From the NCBI RefSeq assembly GCF_006345805.1, contig NC_043002.1:35898001-35962000 (forward strand): a DNA stretch of 64,000 nt. Reading direction: 5' to 3'. The notes under the pieces were generated by a model. It worked only from the letters and a program-made list of their open reading frames with translations, did not search any database and was not told the origin of the DNA. How positions within the stretch are numbered: the stretch's first letter is position 1; each line of letters begins with the position of its first letter. Origin of the DNA: Octopus sinensis. Taxonomy: Eukaryota. Positions 38,546-51,200 of this stretch are shown in pieces. A program made the translations under genes and the position numbers.

Positions 38546-39612
38546 TTAAGGCAAATGGCAGATTACAAAACTGTAATGTGGGTTTGTGGTTTTGTGCTGT
38601 TGTTGCAGTTGTTGTTGCTGTTGCTGCTGTTGTTTCTCCAACAGAGGTTCAATGTTGCAATTCAAGCTGAATTGGTAGATTGGCTTCAACTTGAATTAAC
38701 TTGATACTGAAACTTATGAGGAAGAACTAGAGCTTGGTAACCACGCCTTGGGCTGAACGATTAGCATGCTGGATGAAATACTTAGCCGTCACTACATTCT
38801 GAGTTCAAATTCCACTGAAGTCGTCTTGGCCTTTCATCCTTTCAGGATCGATAAATTAAGTACCTGTGAAATACTGGGGTTGATGTAATCGACTTATCCC
38901 CTCCCCCAAAATGGCTGCCCTTATAGCAAAATTTGAAACCATTATCATCATCATCACCATCATTATTAAGGCGGCAAGCTGGCAGAATGCTTACTGGTAT
39001 TTTGTCCGTCATTACATTGTGTTCAAATTCTGCCGAGGTTGACTTTACCTTTCATCCTTTTGTGGTCAATAAATTAAGTATCAATGAAACACTGGGGCTG
39101 ATGTAATCAATTAGTCCCCTCCCCCAAAATTGTAGGCCTTGTGCCTATAGCAGAAAGGATTATCATCATCATCATTATTATCATTATTATTTATTATTAA
39201 GGTGGTGGATTGGCTGAATTGTTAGTTTTGGAGAAAATACCTTGCAATATTTGTTCTGGTTTTTTACATACATTGAGGCCACCTTTGTTATTCATCAATC
39301 CAAAAAATACCAGTCAAGTACTAAAATCACTTTGACTATTTGCCACCAACATTGTTGGCCTTGTGCACTTATTAGAAATAGTAATTATCATTAAAGAGAA
39401 CACTTGACTGGGAGAATCATTAGAGTGTCAGATAAAATGTCTTACAGTATTTCTTCTGGTTCTTTAACCATTCTGAGTTCAAATACTGCCAAGTTCAACT
39501 TTGCCTTTCATCCCTCCAGAGTCAATAGAATAAAGTAGCAGTCAAGTACTGGGGTTGATATAATCAACTGTTGCCCTCTCCAAAAATTTCAGGGTTTTGC
39601 GTATATTAGGAA
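38546..39612 (+). repeat. Head-to-tail array of four tRNA-headed SINE copies (first one interrupted)
   Basis: Copies start at ~38546, 38967, 39198 and ~39392. They share GTTCAAAT and CTTTCATCC (degenerate in copy 3) and are separated by (ATC/ATT)n. Confidence 0.8.
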
Positions 39613-40249
39613 CAGTTATTATTGTTTGTAAAAAACAAATCATAGAATATTGATATTTCAGTTATCCTGTTTGATCCATTGTCCTATTTGGCATGAGTTT
39701 TGCTATTCATTTCCCTATGGTCAATAAAATGTTTCAGAGTTTACTGAAATGACTTCTTGTTTATCAAAAGAGTGAGTTCACAAAAATAGTAGATTATTGA
39801 ACAAAATATTTGTTTAATTTTGACCCCTATGGTTTTAGTACTACTTGACTCACCTATATTTGTCATCCATTGTTTTTGGATAAAAAATTAATACCTGTAA
39901 TATACTGCAGTTGATTCAGTTAATTATACTCCTTTTCTAAGGTGATTTAGTTAAGAATAGAACAAGTAGATTTAAGTATGTGTAGTGTATAATTTTGTCT
40001 TTGTATATTCTGAGTTTTGATACAACTATTGGTCATCTTTATCCCTTTGGCTTGGATAAAAAAACAAGTACCTGTAATGTACTCATAATATAAAGTTAAT
40101 TTAATTGATGATACCCCTTCCACTGCTATATTTGGACTTGTGCCAAGCTAAGAGCCTATTATTATTTGCATATTTATATTATATATTTCTTGTCTTCTTG
40201 TCTTACAGTTCTCCAGCATCAGTAAACTAAATTTAGGTTACAAACTACA

Positions 40250-40485
40250 TGGTACCTACAATTGATTACCTCTCCTGCTTCAACATTTGGCATTGTGTCT
40301 ACATCATCATCATCATTGTTATCATCATAAACGTCACCATAATCGTTACAATCACCATCATAATTACTATCACTGTAATCACATTATCATTATTACTCCC
40401 TACTGCTGCCATCATCTTCATCATTTTCTTTACATCTTTTATAGTTACTTCTACTTTCTTGCCAGGTTTTGAAATCATCATCATC

Positions 40486-40517
<32 letters not shown>

Positions 40518-40555
40518 CATCATCATCATTATCATCATTATTATTATTATTTATC
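40250..40555. repeat. Compound (ATC)/(ATT) trinucleotide low-complexity tract
   Basis: Source of the poly-I, poly-H and poly-M ORFs in the track. Confidence 0.9.
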
Positions 40556-40849
40556 TTTTCCAGTTTTGTTTTGTCTTTTGAAACGTTTCAGCTGAGTGGT
40601 TTTCCTTATGTCATCATATATCTGGATTAATTTCTGTCTTGCAAAACTTTTCTTCAGAACACATTCATTTTTTTTTTTTACTTCTTTCTCTCTTTTTTTA
40701 TTCTCTTCCATCACTTTCTTCTTCCACATCTCTTTCTGATGAGAAATGCAAACAGTTGAAATCAATGCCTTGTTACTGACACTTTCACTGAATATAAACA
40801 GAATAACATGGATGTGTGTGGAGTCTTGTTGAAGTTTTAAGGTCAAGGA

Positions 40850-41110
40850 CATGAAACACCATTGTTTTCTTCATCAGTGCTTTAATAATCTGGTTGATAC
40901 TGGTATACTTGTAACTATCCTCCCCAGAATTTCAGTTCTTTGGAATTCTCCCCCCCCCCACACACACAACTGGCAACTCTTCCCCCCCACACACACACAC
41001 AACTGGCAACTCTTCCCCCCACACACACACACACAACTGGCAACTTGAAGTTGCTCAAGAGGAACATTAACCATGTCAGTGTCTCTGCATGGTCTTAAAA
41101 GGTGATGTGC
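40850..41110 (+). mobile_element. CR1/Jockey-type LINE 3' end with internal ~30-bp tandem triplication
   Basis: Translates to ILPRISVLWNS(P) ... LKLLKRNINH, the 'FFPRT..LWNSLP...FK.N.N' motif. It is interrupted by (C6-ACACACACA-CAACTGGCAACTCTT)x3. Confidence 0.55.
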
Positions 41111-42137
41111 ACAGCCCTTTTCTTCAGACCAACATAAAAAAAGGAAAGGAAATTTGACTGGTACCTCATTTTCCAGTTGCAAGGTGTATGTGAGACATTC
41201 TTTGGTTCTGTTCTCCACGGAGTCTGTTAAGTGTTGTCATATGAAAGTATTTAGAAAGAATGTAACTTGCCCAAGTATAGAACTAAGTGTTGTTATTTAG
41301 CTCAGGTCAACCACCAATTGAGCAGACATGTGATCAAAGGCTTTACAACTATAACCAGCCAATCTCTTACTGGAGTATTGGAATGCATTAGTAAATGAGT
41401 CCTTTCTTTTTAAGATCGTAGGGCATTATTTGTGGGAGATATGGCTGCTATTTCAAATAAATTGTGTGGTCTCAGTCTTTATTTTTATTTCATTGTTAGG
41501 CTTTTCTGCTTCTCTTGTTTCTGTTCAAATGTGTAAAGCTGTATATTTTACTACAGACTTCACAATGCACATTTAGGTATAATTTATTGCTTAAGGTGTA
41601 CATGTAGTAACACTCTGCTGCCACTACTGTATGTTGTTCCCACCTCTATTCTTCCTCACAGTTGTCTCTAATCAAAGTCAAATTTGTTTTGTATTTGAGC
41701 AGATTCATTCTCTGTGAGTTAATTAAAATTTAGTCTGTGTACAATAACTATTCCATTGACCAACTTGTTATCAAAAACCTGTCATTTCCGTTTTCATTAA
41801 TAGTTTGTGTTAATTGGTTTTAAATCAACAACATATTGGCTTTGACAACATTTCATCCAATAGTTTTTTTAAATCCTGTGAAATAAACTTTGGTCTTTGT
41901 ATGTTTTCTAATTAGAATTCTGCTTTAGGTTAAAAGGATATGCTGGGGAGGTTGTTTCTACAGTTGGCAAAAGTGGCTTTTGCTGATGGGGATTATAATT
42001 ACATTTTGACCAGATGACTAATTACTAATGACAGGTGTTGACAGGCAGGATTATTGATCCTATATTTATCATACTAAATGTTCCCACAAGTTATGGTGTC
42101 TTAAGCCTAGTATTTAGATCTGGTCTTTGTTGCTTAA

Positions 42138-42358
42138 CCCTTTCGAAACCAACCTGGCTGAAACCGGCTCTGGCTCTGTAGTACAAATGTCTTGTTTTCA
42201 AAAGTTTTGAATCAAAATCTTCCACAAAACCTTAGTCACAATTTATGTTCCTAACACTAGCTTAATGATAACCAAGTTATTTTACTAAATTCTTTGTTGT
42301 ATTTAAAGTAATTGAAAGAAACACAGAGCATCTTAAAATAAATACAGTAATGAAAGGG
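42138..42358. mobile_element. piggyBac-like MITE (different family)
   Basis: TTAA-CCCTTTC ... GAAAGGG-TTAA. Length 221 bp. Confidence 0.85.
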
Positions 42359-43149
42359 TTAAGCAAATGGAACAGTGATTATTTTTCTTCTCCTGGTTAG
42401 TATACAGGTCTCTCATAAGTAATATTTTCTTGGAATTGTTGATCAAGATATCTGAAATTAATTATCACCCAGAAATCTATTAAAGCACCAACAACAAAAG
42501 ATATGAAGTCAAAGGTTCTAATGGAGCAGCATTTTTTACCTTTTTGTTACCATATTTGTGTTAATGTATGCTGCCTTTATTACAATTACTTTTAAAACGA
42601 TTGAATTTAGTAAAATTATTTGGGTCATTTTAAGCTGGTACTTGGAACATATATCAGGATGAAATTTTGATGGAAAGTTTTTATTTTGATCATTTTAAAT
42701 CTAGAAATTCATATCATAGAACCAGAGGTGATCTCACTTGGTTTGCTATCAAAAGGTTTAATGTGGAACCATATTATGAATAGAATGCAAATTGCTCTTC
42801 CAAACTTTCCCAAGGCGTAGTTACCAAGCTCTAGTTCTTCCTAAGTTTCAATATCAAGTTAATTCAAGTTGAAGCCAATCTACCACTTCAGCTTGAATTG
42901 CAACATTGAACCTCTGTTGGAGAAACAACAGCAGCAACAACAACAACAACTGCAACAACAGCACAAAACCACAAACCCACATTACAGTTTTGTAATCTGC
43001 CATTTGTAATCTGTAAGTTTCATTATTCTACATGATTCAGTCAACCAACCTTACTGAAAATTTATAAAACTTCACAGATGTTAAATTAGTATTGAGGTTC
43101 CTATAGCTAAATTTAGCCTCACTAATTTTTAGCAATTTCTCATGGGGGC

Positions 43150-43750
43150 CTCACATTTTAAGATTGCCAAAATTGCATCTCAAAGACTATGATTTCCTTT
43201 GCAAGGTATGAAAATACTTCAGCTCTGATCAACTAGTTACACAGCTGAAGTAATGCCCACATTAGAGTACATCTCCCATCTCTGGGACAGTGTTACTGGA
43301 CTCTCATTGAAGTAGTTTCCATATTTGAGATAGTGTTATCGCTTTATATACAAAAATATCTTATTACATTAAAAAATGTGATCACCCAGCTGATTGACAA
43401 AAGCTCACTCACCAAATGACTATAACCACTGACCTATTAATCAACAATATCTTCTTTCTGATTCTTGTAACATAACCACAATGTCTTCAGCTTCTCTAAA
43501 CTAGCAAGCTCTATACCATTTGATTCTCCTCTTGACATGCCTACTGTATTTCACCCACCAAACTTTGCACTAAACATATTTTTCTTCTTCATCCTTCTAC
43601 CCTAGAACTGCAGTCATCTTGAATATCTATCTTTCTAACACTTGATCTACAACCATCCACCAACAGTAGTTCAAGCTGAACATCAACTCCACTGAACTCA
43701 CCAATCTGAGAGAGCTTGTATTGAACATAGGCATTGTGCCACCTCCTCTA
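43150..43750 (+). mobile_element. CR1/Jockey-type LINE ORF2 C-terminal remnant
   Basis: Translates to IAKIASQRL*F.CKV*KYFSSDQL..., resembling 'ASQKLGFL.R.R.YF...QL..LYKA.VRP.LEY.SH.W'. Heavily mutated. Confidence 0.6.
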
Positions 43751-45942
43751 AAAACAGAAAAGAAAAATGTTTAACCCTTGCCCCCAAAAATTGTTCTCAA
43801 AACTATCCTATTTATGATCATTAAAAAAAGATTTAAGTTAAGATCATGTAAGAAGCATAAAATTTACCCCAGTACTATAAATTGATAAATGGTATAAATA
43901 TGAGAACAAATCAGTTAATTTATTACAGTGTGTATCTTCTTATTATTGTTGTTGTTTGATTCTAGGTCATCTCTGATCATGCAGGCCTGTTATCAAAATG
44001 TTCTAGCTATGATCATCCTGTCCTTTTTTTTTCTACACATAATTGTATCTAGGACTACATTATCTGCATGTCTTTCCATTTTTAAAACAGTAGAGTTTGA
44101 TCTTGAGGAATATTTAACTGTGATGTCAAACAAACCAAGTAGTGCCTTAGAGATCCTCTTGATAGTTTGAATGTATGGGTGTAAAGTATAAATTGAGAGT
44201 GATGAAAATGGGGTTAGAGGTATTGTTGTTGTTGTCACTGCTACTGTTGTTGTTGTTGTAGTCATTGATGATTGAGCAGACCTATATTCAAAGATATTTC
44301 AACTGTCACCTTTCTATATTATTATTTTTCAGACATAGTATATGTAGGACTGTGTTATCTAATATCTTATCCTTTTTTGAAAACAATAGGGTGTGATCTG
44401 AGGGAGAATTGGCTGCTAGTTCTAGCAACTAGCAACTCTGCAGAATTTCTCTTGGTCGCTTGAATGTGGTAATGTTTAATGTGGGGTGTGAAAGTGTTAG
44501 TGATGGTTTAAGGGTGGTATTGTATAACTCTAGATCAATCCTGATTAACAAACTTATAATGAATTCTGTTCAATATATATATACATATATATGATGAACT
44601 TATTGTATACAGTGCTCAGGTGCACTACAACTCATCAGAAAAAGTAACCAAAACTGCATGAACAGTACATAGAATATACGCAGGAAGTGAACAGGGAATA
44701 AGTCTTAAAAAAGAAAAAAAGGAAGAAGAAACAAGTGGGGTGGTGGGCAACAGGTGTACTGTTGGCGAATTTCAGGAAGCATGGATGCATGGACACCATC
44801 TCATAGAGTGAAAAATGATGTCCTAGAACCATGACTACCTCTTTTCAACCAAGAATGAGGGACTTCAACCAGTGATAGAGATCATCTTTCACACCCATTG
44901 CAGAGAGTTTTGTCATGAATCATGTGTGTGGTACAGAATTGAATGTCATTTTATTTTTCCAAACGAGAATTTCTAGGACTACATTTTCTGAAGTCTCCAT
45001 CCTTTTCTAACACAGAGGGTTATGATCCAAGGTAGAATTTGACTGCCATTTATTGTAGGTCATACAACCTATATCATTTAGCAGTGACTCCTTGTTGATT
45101 TGTAATTGTGTCTACTTTATTTAATGTAGATGTGGCAGAATTAAGAAAATTATGGTAAATTATTAATCTATTTGTACTTTTTGTTGTAAGTAGAGATTAT
45201 GAATAGGTACTTGTATAATAAATCACAGCAAAGTGGACTGAGTCTGTAAAAGTCAGTATCTTAGCTATATACACAATGTAATACTTAGCAATTGTTGACT
45301 CTTAAATAATTGATGAATAATTTTCTAATTTCATAATACTTCTACTCAGTTTGTTGTCATTATACAAGTCCACATATCAAGCTATGAAAGTTTTTCTTCC
45401 ATAAGTGGTGTGATTTATCTGCTTTAATTATTAATATAGTTGGATGCCATTAATTGTTTATATAGTTGAATGCGCTTTCAACCAGTAACCAGTTAGTGCT
45501 GAATCAGGAATAGTACCTGTGCTTTTTTTTTTTTAAATCAAGAAAAAGGGAGCAGTCACAAATGCCCATTGACATTTGTAAGATTTGAACTTATGATTGT
45601 GTCTGATGTCCAGCACCTTAACATCACATCTACTATGACAACACAACATACGTGATTTTTAAATCGTTTAAATTATATTAAATTGTTTAAATTTCTAAAT
45701 TGTTTTGAAGTGTCTGTTTTAATGTGCTGCTGTATTTCAACTTCTTGAAATTTTGAAAATATACCATAAATTTATGTGATTTTTAAATATTTTGAAGAGT
45801 GTTAGTGTTAAAGTTTTTAAAGAATAAATAAGTAAAAGAAAACTGTTTTGTATTCATGTTTACATTAATTATATCTCTGCTGGGTCTCTTCCTGCATTCT
45901 TACAATGAAAGTTGGGGTAATTAATTTTTATATAATAAATCT

Positions 45943-46102
45943 ACACTCTCGGAGTGGTTGGCATTAGTAAGGGCATCCAGCTGTAGAAACTCTGCCAGAT
46001 CAAGATTGGAGCCTGGTGCTGCTGTCTGGTTCGCCAGCCCTCAGTCAAAATCGTCCAACCCATGCTAGCATGGAAGGCAGACATTAAACGATGATGATGA
46101 TG
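45943..46102 (+). repeat. RTE 3'-tail copy
   Basis: CTACACTCTCGGAGTGGTTGGCATTAG.AAGGGCATCCAGCTGTAGAAAC...CCATGCTAGCATGGAA..CAGACATTAAAC(GAT)n. Confidence 0.85.
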
Positions 46103-46989
46103 AAATATTTTTACATTATTACTCTCAGGATATTAAAGGTAAAGTTGAATTAGGTAGGATTTCGCAAGAGAATTATATAGGTATGTACTCTAGATAATGT
46201 TAAAATATTTAGGTTCTGTATTTTTCCTTTTTAAAAATTGGCTTCATTTTGACTTGGTACAAGACCATTTTCACCGTAAGTGGTATATTACCATAATATA
46301 TTATTTCTTGTATCTAATCAACTTGGTAGAATCCAGGCTGAGAACATGCAACAACAAAACTAAATTCTGCTATTTATACTGATTCTCTCTTCCTCAAGAA
46401 CATTATACTGTATCATACTGTAGCGGAAAGTACATGTCAACTCAGAACACTTATATTTCATGAATCTGAGATTTGCGGTTTAAAAGTATGGGTGGCTTTA
46501 TTTACTAAACTGTAAAAGTACAGATTAGTGAGTAGAGTTTCCAATTTGCAAAAATAGCAGACTTGACTGTACTAATATCTTCAAGTCTGCTATTCTTATC
46601 ACCAAGCTGTTTTCTTTATCTCCAACTTGACGGTCCCTTCCGAAATACATACTGATCAATGGCCACTTGAAACTGCTTAACCCATTAATGTATAATATTC
46701 CAAAACAGGGACACTCATAAAAATATGCAAAGCACAGTTGTTATTTTTCTATTTATTCACCATTCACATATTAACTTTCCCTCATGAATTTGGACTATTT
46801 AAATGACCATCCTTTTATGACTATATATATAATGTTTAGTTTCCTTGCTATTAAGTTGGAATTAATTGTAAAATGGAAAATTAAACTTTTTGCATTAATG
46901 GGCCAATTTAAGTTAGAAATCAAAACTTTTACTATCCCCTTCATCACTAATAACAATGTTCCAATGGAATGGCACATTCTGAATAGAAT

Positions 46990-47165
46990 ATAAGTTGCTC
47001 CATGAAATTTGCTCAAGATATAATCCTCATGGCAAAATTATCTCCAGAAGTTTCAAATCTCAAGTCAGTTCCAAGTTGAAGCCATTTTAACCACTTCATT
47101 TTGAACTGTAAACATTGAACTCCTTTTGAAGCAACGACAGCAACAATAATAACAGCTGCAAGGGA
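46990..47165 (+). repeat. Diverged third copy of the unnamed repeat found at 42790-42960
   Basis: CAAGTTGAAGCCA.T..ACCACTTCA..TTGAA.TG.AACATTGAAC...CAAC.ACAGCAACAA aligns at roughly 70-75% by eye. Confidence 0.65.
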
Positions 47166-48239
47166 ATAAACCAAAGCAGTTGCTCAGACTGCAAGAAATA
47201 GCAGCCAAATTATATTTATATCCTATCATTTTAAGCAGGAAGAACATATTGGAAAAAATAGTCCTTAGTATACTATACTTGAAAATTAGACAAGTTGATC
47301 GTGGTTGAACACACTTGATCTTGGAGTTTATTTGAGGTTAAACAACAATAATTGCGGCAGTAGTAATATAAGCAATAAGGAAATCTCCAAAAGTCAAGCA
47401 TTTTGAAATATAAATCTAAAATCTAAAAGAATCACTGAAGATCCCCAGAACCTAGAAGCCGAAAAAATTCACCACTATTTTAAATCCCCCCCCCCCCCAC
47501 CGAAAATCAGATGATTGTATTGCTCCCTTTGTATGCTCTTAAAATTTTAGAAAATCCATCCTCAAGTTTATCTAAAGGCTTCTCCAGAAAATTTTTATGA
47601 ATTGCAGTATGGATTCTGACCACTAAACTCAACCACCAATAGCATCAAAGTGGATACTGACCTGCAAGACATAGTAACCAAATCTCTTGAATCACAGTGT
47701 AAATCAGAAGGACACATTGGATAATGTAGTCCTACATAAATAAAAGGGGATGGTCATGGTTGGAATGCTTTTGATCATAGGAGTCTTTTAAGCTAGTCGC
47801 AGGGCTAAATAACAAACCCCACATTACTCACAAACCTTGCATGTTGGATTCATAAATGCAAAAGGTACCCCACAGGCACCTCCTAACTACCATCAACATA
47901 AGCAAAAGCTTTTACTCTGTACCCTTGACTCCAAAATACTCAATATTAATGGCTTACTGTTTCTTTATTTTTCTTTAAGTCTCTGAATAGGGTAAAAGGT
48001 TGTTATATAGCCCCAGGTCAACCCTGATTGAACTGACTTTTATGAATAATCTAGAGAGGTTCCTTTCCTTATTGGCTTGTTGGATGCAAGTTAATGTTGG
48101 TATCAGTAGAATGTGAACTCAGAACAGTGAGACATTGAACTTGAAAAATATAGTAAATCAGTCAAATCTCTGCTTCTGCAGAATATTGCTGTTGGTTTTA
48201 ACATACTTGTTGATTTTTAACAGTACTGCTGTCCATTGT

Positions 48240-51200
48240 TGTTGTGGCCAGAGTCACAACACCCCTGAAAGAATAGGCTTGGCTGAAAGACTATAAATAG
48301 TAGCGGTCTGAGCAGAGGAGAGTGGGAGTTAATTGTAGGAAGTCATAAGGTGTTGTTTTGGTAGTTCGCTGGAATATCATTTGTTGGTCCGTGTATAGTA
48401 CATGGAGAGTTTGTTGGATTGTTATGTTGTTGTGACCCTACTTTGTTATATGTTTTATTGTGACTACATGGTTATAGTGTAAAAGAGTGTCATCATAATA
48501 ATTGGCGACAAGGATCGAAGCTCATGCAAGTCGGTTAACAAATTTTTGTGATACAATGTTGTTAATGATGGAAGACCTATTAGCTTCTATAATACAGTTG
48601 CAAAAACAGCAGCAAGAACAGTGACAAGAGTTGCAGAAGCAACTACTTCAGCAACAGGAAAAACATAAACAACAACAGTTTATGGAGCTATGTCTTAAGA
48701 AGTCTGGAAACTCTATAATATTGTTTTTGCCAGATGGCGTATCGAACTCTGTAACAGTTATGACCAAGAGAAGGGTATAACATTTGTAGTGTACTTTAGA
48801 AGGTATGAAGAAATCTTCAGGGAAGATTGCAAATCGTGGATGGGCAATGAAAAAGTAAGACCATTATAACATAAATTAGCACTGGCTGAACATGAAAAAT
48901 ATTGTAATCTTATACTACCCACAAAATACTAGTGAAATTTGTTTCCAGGAAACAGTTGAATTACTATCAAAAATATTCAGTGATAAGAATCCCCTATTTA
49001 ATACTCGATGGGAATGTTGGAATCTTGTTAAAGAAGTGGATGAAGACTTTGTCACATATACTGGGACTGTAAACAGAATGTGCGAAATGTTTAAACTGGA
49101 GGAACTGACTCCTGACATGTTTAAGTGCCTCATTTTTGTACAAGGGCTGATGGCAAACAAAGATGTGGAGATACATTTAAGAATTCTCACAAAACTTGAA
49201 CAAGCAGACTAAAGTTTAACCCTACAGACAGTTGCAGAGGAGTGTCAAAGAATGGTAAACTTACATCAGGACATACAGAAAATTGAAGAGGAGTTCTCCC
49301 AAGTACAAGCATGTCAACTTGGAAGGTATAAACAAAAGAAAAATGTTAAGACCAAACCCATAATACAGATGTAGAGTCCTACACTTCAGGAAGTATTGTC
49401 CTTTCAACACGCAAAAATGTTACAGTTACCAAAAAGTAGGACACAAAGAGCTCACATTGCAGAGCAAACAAAGTTCGGAAGGTCAAGCATAAAAAATTCT
49501 AAAATTTTCTCACAGAAAGTAGAAGTGATACCAAAAAGAGGAGATTTGTGCATGTCAAAGTAAATGAAGTGAATATTAAATTACAAGATACTAGTAGTGA
49601 CATCTCAGTTATCAATACCGACATGTAGAAAAGAATTGGGAAACCTACATTAATAAAAACATCAAAAATTGCATGAGGCATGACTAGTGTAAAACTACAC
49701 TTCATAGGTGAAATATGGAGTGATATCACATTTTGGGGGAAAACCTGGAGAACAAAAGTTTTCATGGTAAAAAACACAACCAATCTGTTTGGAACGACTG
49801 GTTGGAGTTGTCTGACTTATGGGGACCTCCCCATAAGTTTGTTCTGTAAAAAAATAAATGGCTGTCCCACCAGTGAAAATAACTCAGCAGCTGAATTGAT
49901 GAAAAATTAAAAACTTGTTGTTGGATAAATTGGGTCTCTCTTCTGAGACTGAGGCCTGTTTTCAAATAAAGGAAAATGCCATACCTGTATTCAAACCTAA
50001 TAGAAAGGTACCATTTGCTGTGATAAGGCAGGTATAGGAAAAATTAGACAGACTGGAGAAAATGGAAATTATTCAAAAAATAGATTATTTTAAGTGGGCA
50101 GTACCAACTGTGTGTATTAAAAATAACAAAATCAGGGTATGTGCTGATTTTTCTACTGGTTTCAATGACTGTCTAAAAATGTGCCACTATCCACTGCCTA
50201 CTTCGGAAGATGTTTTTGCAAAATTAAATGATAACAAAATTTTTTCGAAACTGGATCTGTCTGATGTATACCTGCAAATTAATGTAGATGAAAAATGCAC
50301 AAAGCTTCTAACAGTGAATATGCACAGAAGACTATACAAATATAATAGATTGCCATTTGGTCTGCAATATTTCAGCAGGTTATGGATGTGATGTTGGCAG
50401 ACTGTTAATTTACAATTCCATACCTCAATGATGTATTAATTAAAAGTGAATCTCATGATCAGCATATCGAACATGTGAAGTATGCTTACCAAAAAGTAAG
50501 AGATTATGGTTTCACTCTCAGTGAGGGAAAAGTGAATTATTTTTGCCTAAAATTAGATATTTAGGACAAATGGAAGATGAACTGACCCATCAGGGGCAGA
50601 CACAATTTAAAATATGCCTCCCCCCACTAACATTACAAACTTTTCTTGGCCTAGTGAATTATTATCAAAATTACATACCAAACATATATGAATTGAGAGC
50701 TCCACTTAATAATTTGCTAAAGAAAGACGCCAAATGGAATTGGTCAAATAACTGTCAAAAGGTGTTTCAGGATATTAAGAAGATATCAATTTCGAATTTG
50801 TCACTGGCTCATTTTAATCCTGTAGCAGAGATTGTTGTAGCTTCTGACACTTCTGAATATGGTGTAGGAGCAGTTTTGCTACACAATTATAAAGATGGTA
50901 ATATGAAGGCGGTAATATGAACTATGCCTCACGCACTCTGATTTTCAGCAGAAAAAAACTACTGTCAGATGGAGAAAGAAGCTCTTGCAATTATTTTTGC
51001 CGTGAAGCAATTTCACAGATTTCTCTACAGTAGAGCCAATGTTCACTCAATAGATTAAATCGATCTTCGACAAATTTTTGGTAAAGGAAAAATGTATAGA
51101 GAAAACACAAAAAATTCAACTAAACATTTTGATGTTGGAGACAAAGTCCATTTCAAAGTATACAAGAATGTATAAGAGTCGGCAGGATGGTGTAGTGACT

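Larger units (their letters stand above)
38552..43006. repeat. Near-perfect 200-bp inverted repeat (38552-38752 vs 42809-43006)
   Basis: Manual alignment shows 4 substitutions and one 3-bp indel over ~200 bp, with a ~4.05 kb spacer. Confidence 0.95.

Noticed and set aside
29806-39612. tRNA genes
   Set aside because: The GTTCAAAT B-box-like motifs belong to SINE heads, and no complete cloverleaf is visible.
40249-40581. Hydrophobic poly-I 'membrane protein' and poly-H/poly-M ORFs (also at 2104, 38009, 54222 and others)
   Set aside because: These are translations of microsatellites.
38552-43006. 200-bp inverted repeat as TIRs of a 4.4-kb Mutator/foldback transposon
   Set aside because: There is no TSD at the outer ends, the left arm interrupts a SINE, and the right arm continues into an older repeat beyond the aligned part.
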